From the NCBI GenBank assembly GCA_036517475.1, contig DATDVZ010000010.1:15338-79337 (forward strand): a stretch of 64,000 bases of DNA. The letters are read 5' to 3'. Positions 58,286-64,000 of this stretch are shown in pieces. How positions within the stretch are numbered: position 1 is the stretch's first letter; the number at the start of each line of letters is the position of its first letter. This DNA comes from Minisyncoccota bacterium. Its GTDB lineage: Bacteria; Patescibacteriota; Minisyncoccia; Phycocordibacterales; Zambryskibacteraceae. The position numbers and the translations under genes are program-made. The notes below the pieces were generated by a model. That model worked only from the letters and a program-made list of their open reading frames with translations. It was not told the DNA's origin and did not search any database.

Positions 58286-58537
58286 ATGAAGGATATAAGT
58301 GAATATTTAAAAAAGTTCAGGAGAATTATTTCTTCAGGAGATGAGGAGCGGGAAATAATATCAAAAGAAATTTCAGGAAAAGTAAATATAAAAATAATGC
58401 CAGCTGAAATTGATTTTCATGGCGGAATAGTTTATTTAAGTGTAAAACCAGCAGTCAGAAGCGAAATTTATATTAACAAAACAGAAATCATTAATGAATT
58501 ATTAAGGAAAGGATTAAATGTGAGTGACCTAAGGTAG
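58286..58537 (+). CDS. Small protein after dnaN (possibly DciA/DUF721-like)
   Basis: 83-aa ORF with alpha-beta-beta-alpha-beta pattern (GIVYLSV.PAVRSEI.INK.EII..L); position after dnaN. Confidence 0.55.
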   Translation: MKDISEYLKKFRRIISSGDEEREIISKEISGKVNIKIMPAEIDFHGGIVYLSVKPAVRSEIYINKTEIINELLRKGLNVSDLR

Positions 58538-61060
58538 ATTAACCAAAAAAGTTATGACACTTTCACCTTTATTATAAATTTCATCATACAAAACCACCCT
58601 TAGACTGTTTTGTTTTTGAATAAAGGTTAAATTTTCCGGTATAAACGAAAACCTTAAAGGGATCGTAGTACTTTCTCCCAAATAACTGCCGTTTAGATAA
58701 AATTCTGCTTTTTTAATCCTATATCTTGATTCCCCCTGAACTAAAATGTCAATATTTTGATTTATATTGTAAACATCATTGTTTTTTGGGTTAAAAATAA
58801 TTACTTTAGGGGAAGATTGTGGATTGTGTATATCGTCATTTTCTGTAGGAATCATTGGGTTTATTGGTGGTGTATAACCAGTTTGTTTCAAGTATGTCTG
58901 TACGCCATATTCCCATCTTTCAAACTGTTGATCCTCGGCTGGATTACTCGGTTTCTGACCCCTTGGGTCATTCTTTTTAAGCCAATAAAGAATACTATGA
59001 ACCCCACCATCTAGAATTTCCTGGATAACTTCCCTTGGTGTATCTGCGGTTGCAAGTTTTCCTGAAACTGAATCTATCAGGTTTGAAAATCCACCCTGCC
59101 ATTTACCTCTTAATACTGGTTTTAAATCGTATGAATCTATGACCTGTGGCTCGGGGAAAAATTCCGGCGTAGTAGTTGCGAGGATTTTATCCATAAAGAC
59201 TCTCCACATCGGAGCCACTATGAGTCCTGAAATCTTTTTTTCCATCGGTGAGTTGTCATTATTTCCTGCCCAAGCACCCAGTGCCACAGAGGGTGTATAT
59301 CCGATTATCCAAGCATCTCTATAATCATTTGTTGTACCGGTTTTAACCGCCACATCTCTACTCTCAAAATTTATTACTGAACTCGGCCCGTAAAGAGGAG
59401 ACCTTGCCACATTATCGGAAAGAATACTTGAAATTTTTAAAGCAATCTCCTTTTCTAAAACTTGGTTTGGCGCTCTCTTCCATTCTTCCAAAATATTATC
59501 GCTTTTGTCTTTAACCTCAATTATTGAATGGTGGGGGTTTCGGACTCCTTCGTTTGCAAAAACTCCGTAGCCACTCACAATATCAAGAAGTGAAACCTCA
59601 CCACCCCCCAATACAAGCGTTAATCCATATTGATCGGCTACTCCCAAACTCTCTATTCCCATATTTTTTGCAAGTGAAATGGAATCTCTTATACCAGCAA
59701 GGTAGAGAGTCTTAACAGAAGTAACGTTAACCGACTGAGCGAGAGAGTCTCTCATTGAAATAGGCCCTCTGAATTTCTCGTCATAATTATCAGGTGAGTA
59801 ACATGGAAAAATTTTTGAAAAATCATCCGGCCGGCACTCGGAGGAGAATTGGGTTCTTACGTCAAATACCACCGTTTCTGGGGTATATCCTTTTTGAAAT
59901 GCCTTTGCGTATACGAATGGTTTAAAAGCTGAACCAGGCTGACGGTGAGCGGTTGCCACATTGAAGTTACCATCAATTTCTTTGTCAAAATAATCTCTGG
60001 AACCGACCATACTAAGAATTCCACCAGTTTTTGGGTCAATTGCTACGAATGCCGCGTTTTCGGCATTAAAACTGACTTTGTTCTTCAGGGCGTATTCCTT
60101 TGCAATTTCCTCTCCCTGTTTTTGTATTGCATAATCAAGAGTTGTTTTTACTCGCAACCCGCCATCTCTTACTGTTTCCTCTCCGTATTTTTTATTGAGT
60201 TCCTCTAAAACAAAAAATACAAAGTGCGGAGCTTTAATACCCGATGTTTCTCTTGGTTTGAACTGCACTTCTTCAGATAAAGCTTCTTTATATTCATTTT
60301 CATCTATAAAACCATTGCGAAGCATTTCTGAGAGCACAAGATTTTTACGCTCCTCCAACCTGTCTCTATGAGTACCATAAGGTGAATAGAAGGTTGGTGC
60401 CTGAGGCAGTGCCGCAAGATATGCCGACTCTGCTACAGAGAGTTCTGATGCACTCTTGCCCAAGAAAGCCAGGCTTGCTTCCTCAATCCCATAAAGATTG
60501 CCCCCGTATGGAATTTCATTCAGGTAAAGATATAAAATTTCATCCTTGGAAATAACTTTCTCGAGCTTTATGGCAATAAAAACCTCTTTTATTTTTCTTG
60601 TTATGGTTTTTTTTGGAGAAAGCAAAGAAACTTTTACCACCTGTTGGGTTATTGTTGACCCCCCCTGACTGAACCCAAGACTTGTTGTGTTTGCGAAAAA
60701 CGCTCTTAAAATTGACTTGATTTGAATTCCGTTATGCTCGTAAAATTCCCGATCCTCAATTGCAATGGTGGCATTTTTTGTATTCCTTGAAATTTTGTCA
60801 AAAGGAACAACTGTTCTTCTTATATCCTGATTGACATCATATAAAAGCACCTCGCCTGTACGGTCATAAATTTTTGTTGATTCAACGACTTTTCTTTTGG
60901 CAAATGAATCAAGAGCTGGTATTTCAAAAGTAGAAACCCAAAGAAAAAAAATCCCACCAAAAAATATTATTACTGAAACCACCAACATAAAAAGGTGTTT
61001 TCTGCTTAAACTGCGAAACTCTCTAATTATTTTTTTTGATTTACTTATATACCAAGACAT
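58529..61060 (-). CDS. Class A penicillin-binding protein (transglycosylase plus transpeptidase)
   Basis: AIEDREFY.H.G, QGGSTITQQ, RQPGSAFKP, S.N, KTGTT. Confidence 0.94.
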   Translation of the reverse strand: MSWYISKSKKIIREFRSLSRKHLFMLVVSVIIFFGGIFFLWVSTFEIPALDSFAKRKVVESTKIYDRTGEVLLYDVNQDIRRTVVPFDKISRNTKNATIAIEDREFYEHNGIQIKSILRAFFANTTSLGFSQGGSTITQQVVKVSLLSPKKTITRKIKEVFIAIKLEKVISKDEILYLYLNEIPYGGNLYGIEEASLAFLGKSASELSVAESAYLAALPQAPTFYSPYGTHRDRLEERKNLVLSEMLRNGFIDENEYKEALSEEVQFKPRETSGIKAPHFVFFVLEELNKKYGEETVRDGGLRVKTTLDYAIQKQGEEIAKEYALKNKVSFNAENAAFVAIDPKTGGILSMVGSRDYFDKEIDGNFNVATAHRQPGSAFKPFVYAKAFQKGYTPETVVFDVRTQFSSECRPDDFSKIFPCYSPDNYDEKFRGPISMRDSLAQSVNVTSVKTLYLAGIRDSISLAKNMGIESLGVADQYGLTLVLGGGEVSLLDIVSGYGVFANEGVRNPHHSIIEVKDKSDNILEEWKRAPNQVLEKEIALKISSILSDNVARSPLYGPSSVINFESRDVAVKTGTTNDYRDAWIIGYTPSVALGAWAGNNDNSPMEKKISGLIVAPMWRVFMDKILATTTPEFFPEPQVIDSYDLKPVLRGKWQGGFSNLIDSVSGKLATADTPREVIQEILDGGVHSILYWLKKNDPRGQKPSNPAEDQQFERWEYGVQTYLKQTGYTPPINPMIPTENDDIHNPQSSPKVIIFNPKNNDVYNINQNIDILVQGESRYRIKKAEFYLNGSYLGESTTIPLRFSFIPENLTFIQKQNSLRVVLYDEIYNKGESVITFLVNLP

Positions 61061-61135
61061 AAGTTTTTTCTGGCAAGGACTACTATAACATAATTATATG
61101 TTCCAAATTAGAAAATTTATGTTAGATTAATTGGG

Positions 61136-62512
61136 ATGAAAACATCTGATGAAACGGAGGATTTGTTGAGGCGGGGCGTGGCTGAGTTTGTTGATCCTGA
61201 AGATAAATTCAAAAACAAACTCCGTAACAGCCCGGATAAGGTAATTATAAAACTCGGGGTTGACCCGACTAAGCCTGACATTCATTTGGGTCATGCTGTT
61301 GTTCTGCGGAAACTTCGCCAGTTCCAGAATCTAGGATGCAAGGTGGTTTTTCTGATAGGGGATTACACTGCCCAAATAGGCGATCCCAGCGGAACAAGTA
61401 AAACCAGACCTGATCTTGAACAGAAAGAAATCGAGATAAATGCTAAAACCTATATTGATCAAGTTGGAAAAATTTTAAGCACAGATGCCAAGGTTTTTTC
61501 ATGGATTAGGAATTCTGATTGGTTCTACAGCGCATCAGATCTCACACCTGATCCGAACATCAAAACAATAGATTTGGAAATCAACAAATCTTCAGGAAAA
61601 GAAAAAATTTCACTCCAACCGGAATCTTTTTTAGGCAAATCAATTTTCTATGAAAGCACTAGAATGCAAACAAGCCACCTAAAAAAGAAGGAAATTGTCT
61701 CGGTTACTCTGCGAGGTCTTTTGTGGACTCTCAAACACCTTACACATTCTCGCCTTATCAGCAGGGATATGTTTCAGGAGCGCCTTAAAAAAGGAGACGA
61801 GCTTTATATGCATGAAGTACTCTATCCCGTTCTTCAGGGCATAGACTCATATGCCATTGCTAAAATTTACGGGTCGTGCGATTTAGAGGTTGGCGGCACT
61901 GATCAGGTTTTTAATATGCTTTTGGGCCGCGACATAATGAAAGACAATGGCGTAGAACCGCAGTCGGTTTTAGCCTTCGAAATTCTTACCGGAACTGACG
62001 GCAAGGAGAAAATGTCAAAAAGTCTGGGCAATTTCGTGGGTATTACCGAAAAACCAGATGAAATGTTCGGGAAAATCATGTCCATGCCGGACTATTTGAT
62101 AGTTAAATATTTTAATCTCTGCACTTACACCCCCCTGAAAGATATTGAGAACATTCAAAAGGAAATGGAGAGTGGTAATCCACGAGATTTTAAGTTACGG
62201 TTGGCAAAAGAAATTGTTGAAATTTATCACGGCAAAGGGGCTGCAGAGGAAGCAAATAAATTTTTTATTGAGACCTTCAGTAAGGGGAGCATCCCCCAGA
62301 ATATTCAGGAAATTGAAATTAAAAATGGGGAACTACTTTCAGAGACAATGGTTAGATCGGGTCTGGTTTCATCAAAAAGTGAGCTTCGCCGCTTGTTTGA
62401 GGGCGGAGCAGTTGAAAATCTTGATAGAAAGGAAGTTATAAACAAGACAGACACAAAAGCTCTATCAGGGACCTACCGAATCGGCAAAAAGAAATTTTTA
62501 AGACTCAAGTAA
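61136..62512 (+). CDS. tyrS: Tyrosine--tRNA ligase
   Basis: GVDPT.PDIHLGH, YPVLQG.DS, GGTDQ.FN, KMSKS. Confidence 0.96.
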   Translation: MKTSDETEDLLRRGVAEFVDPEDKFKNKLRNSPDKVIIKLGVDPTKPDIHLGHAVVLRKLRQFQNLGCKVVFLIGDYTAQIGDPSGTSKTRPDLEQKEIEINAKTYIDQVGKILSTDAKVFSWIRNSDWFYSASDLTPDPNIKTIDLEINKSSGKEKISLQPESFLGKSIFYESTRMQTSHLKKKEIVSVTLRGLLWTLKHLTHSRLISRDMFQERLKKGDELYMHEVLYPVLQGIDSYAIAKIYGSCDLEVGGTDQVFNMLLGRDIMKDNGVEPQSVLAFEILTGTDGKEKMSKSLGNFVGITEKPDEMFGKIMSMPDYLIVKYFNLCTYTPLKDIENIQKEMESGNPRDFKLRLAKEIVEIYHGKGAAEEANKFFIETFSKGSIPQNIQEIEIKNGELLSETMVRSGLVSSKSELRRLFEGGAVENLDRKEVINKTDTKALSGTYRIGKKKFLRLK

Positions 62513-62523
62513 ACAAAAATTGT

Positions 62524-62560
62524 AAACAAAAAACAATGTCAGCTGACATTGTTTTTTGTT
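62524..62560. terminator. Bidirectional terminator-like palindrome
   Basis: AACAAAAAACAATGTCAG-CTGACATTGTTTTTTGTT between convergent genes. Confidence 0.7.
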
Positions 62561-62561
62561 A

Positions 62562-62699
62562 TTAAATAGGTCCCTTTTCTTCTCCCATATCCTCAACCTC
62601 AGCTTCTACTTCTTCATCTTCTTCATCGTCTTCAACTTCATCTCCTACCAATTCTCCATCATCCACAAGAGAATCATCTTTTTGATCGTCCATATTCAT
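62562..62699 (-). CDS. Small highly acidic protein (45 aa)
   Basis: MNMDDQKDDSLVDDGELVGDEVEDDEEDEEVEAEVEDMGEEKGPI, ending at a terminator. Confidence 0.55.
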   Translation of the reverse strand: MNMDDQKDDSLVDDGELVGDEVEDDEEDEEVEAEVEDMGEEKGPI

Positions 62700-62981
62700 T
62701 ATTTTTTTACTTTTAATTTCCGCATTTATACGAACCCACTTACCCCGTAAGATTATCATCACACAAAATCAATTTGATGAAATAATTTTGAGACTGATAT
62801 TTATTCCGCTCAGAATTATTTTTTTAATTATCATTCTGGGGTAAGGATTCCATATTTGTACCAGATCATTTGGTCTTTGCAAGTGGTCAAAAATTATTCT
62901 GTGGAAAACCTCGTAGTAGATTTTACCCTAGCAACCAAGGTGTAATGATAAAACAAGGGCAGTTCACTCGGGCGGAAAACT

Positions 62982-63461
62982 CTATATAGACAGCCTGTTA
63001 GTTGCAAGATGCGTCAGAGCAATAGCTATGGCATCATACTCGTCGTCGTATTTTGGCAGTTTTGATACTTTCGTCAACCTTTTTACCATATTTGTAACCT
63101 GACTTTTATCTGCTCTGCCATAGCCTGTTATAGCAATTTTTATTTCAAGTGGCGTATATTCGCTTACATCAATACCTTTTTTTGAAGCTGCTCTAATAAT
63201 TGCTCCCCGTGCCTCGGAAACTTTCATAGCAGTTTTTTGGTTGCTGTTGAAAAAAAGTGTTTCAATACTCATTGAGTCTGGTCTATACTGATCAATCAAT
63301 TTCTCAACCTCGCTGCAGATTTCCTCAAGACGCTGTGAATGGGCCGATTTTCTAGAAGTTGTTATGCAGTCTGAAAAAACCAGAATTTCTTCGCTTCTAT
63401 CCTTGTCAACTATCGCAACTCCCACTCTCTCGTATCCGGGATCAATTCCTAGAACTCTCAT
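62982..63461 (-). CDS. ruvC: Holliday junction resolvase
   Basis: LGIDPG, IE.LFF, EARG, TGYGRADK.QV, DD..DA.AIA. Confidence 0.95.
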   Translation of the reverse strand: MRVLGIDPGYERVGVAIVDKDRSEEILVFSDCITTSRKSAHSQRLEEICSEVEKLIDQYRPDSMSIETLFFNSNQKTAMKVSEARGAIIRAASKKGIDVSEYTPLEIKIAITGYGRADKSQVTNMVKRLTKVSKLPKYDDEYDAIAIALTHLATNRLSI

Positions 63462-63464
63462 AAA

Positions 63465-63535
63465 TTAACTTTACCACTTACAACCTATAACCAACAACCT
63501 CAACTATATTCAAGTCGTTTGTTGTAAGTTGTCTA
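63465..63535. repeat. ACAACYW heptamer array with inverted arm
   Basis: ttaccac ttacaac ctataac caacaac ... gtcgttt gttgtaa gttgtct. Confidence 0.7.
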
Positions 63536-63536
63536 T

Positions 63537-64000
63537 TTATTCTGCATTCGTATAGACTTCCTGTACCTCATCATTATCTTCTAAATCATCAAGTAACTGT
63601 GAAAGTTTATTTCCATCTTCCTCCGACAAGGCAATGGAGTTTTTTGCAGTCCAGCTACTACCAGATTTTTCAAAAGCCCAAGTTGCCGAACCCATTCCAG
63701 CAAGCGATAACCCGTGTTCTCCCAGAATATGTTTTATTTCCTGTGATGCTTTATTACGGTTTGAAGTAAGAGCCTCAACTATTATGGCGCACCCGCCTGG
63801 TCCGTATGTTTCGTAAATCACAGTTTCAAGATTTTCTTTAATATCAGAAGCTTTTTTGATTGCTCTCTCTATGTTTTCATTGGGAACATTTGCGGCGCGG
63901 GCTTTCTCTACTGCCGTCTTAACGGTGGGAGAATTTGATCCCCCAATTTTTACTTCAGTAGAAATAGCACGCAGGAGTTTTCCAAAAATCTTACTTTTCT
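63537..64000 (-). CDS. yebC: YebC/PmpR family protein (3' part; start beyond the window)
   Basis: KARAANVP.ENIERAI, YE.YGPGG.A..VE.LT.NRN, L.D.D.VQEVY.N; upstream of ruvC. Confidence 0.93.
   Translation of the reverse strand, partial: KSKIFGKLLRAISTEVKIGGSNSPTVKTAVEKARAANVPNENIERAIKKASDIKENLETVIYETYGPGGCAIIVEALTSNRNKASQEIKHILGEHGLSLAGMGSATWAFEKSGSSWTAKNSIALSEEDGNKLSQLLDDLEDNDEVQEVYTNAE

Overview
AT-rich chromosomal window whose gene set points to a Patescibacteria (CPR, Parcubacteria-like) genome; this assignment is inferred from gene content and style, not from a database search. It carries core genes (comM, dksA-like, rpsO, xerC/D, xth, nusA, rsmE, clpP, rny, hup, cca, tpiA, pgk, recJ, rnhA, comEC, rsmA, yidC, rnpA, rpmH, dnaA, dnaN, a class A PBP, tyrS, ruvC, yebC) and six tRNA genes. 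It also has a type IV pilus locus, a VirB4/PrgI/VirB6/pilin (T4SS-like) locus and a 1375-aa PKD-repeat surface protein. There is no rRNA, CRISPR array, prophage or classical IS. The notable signals lie between and inside genes. (1) A four-helix-bundle (IVP/bAvd-like) gene is bracketed by inverted CATRGAA heptamer arrays, and gene-less copies of the array sit at other junctions of the same locus and supply stop codons. (2) A GIY-YIG nuclease pseudogene lies inside 14-bp terminal inverted repeats that match a family of short gene-less palindromic elements, some inserted in-frame in proteins. (3) A ~200-nt 6S-like RNA has its own promoter and terminator. (4) An unlisted 49-aa Arg-rich protein has a consensus promoter, SD and terminator. 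(5) A protein gene sits almost flush between two tRNA-Pro genes. (6) An orphan exbD and a lipoprotein peptidase look foreign. (7) A parS/DnaA-box cluster lies about 40 kb from dnaA. Coordinates were counted by eye and may be off by a few bases.
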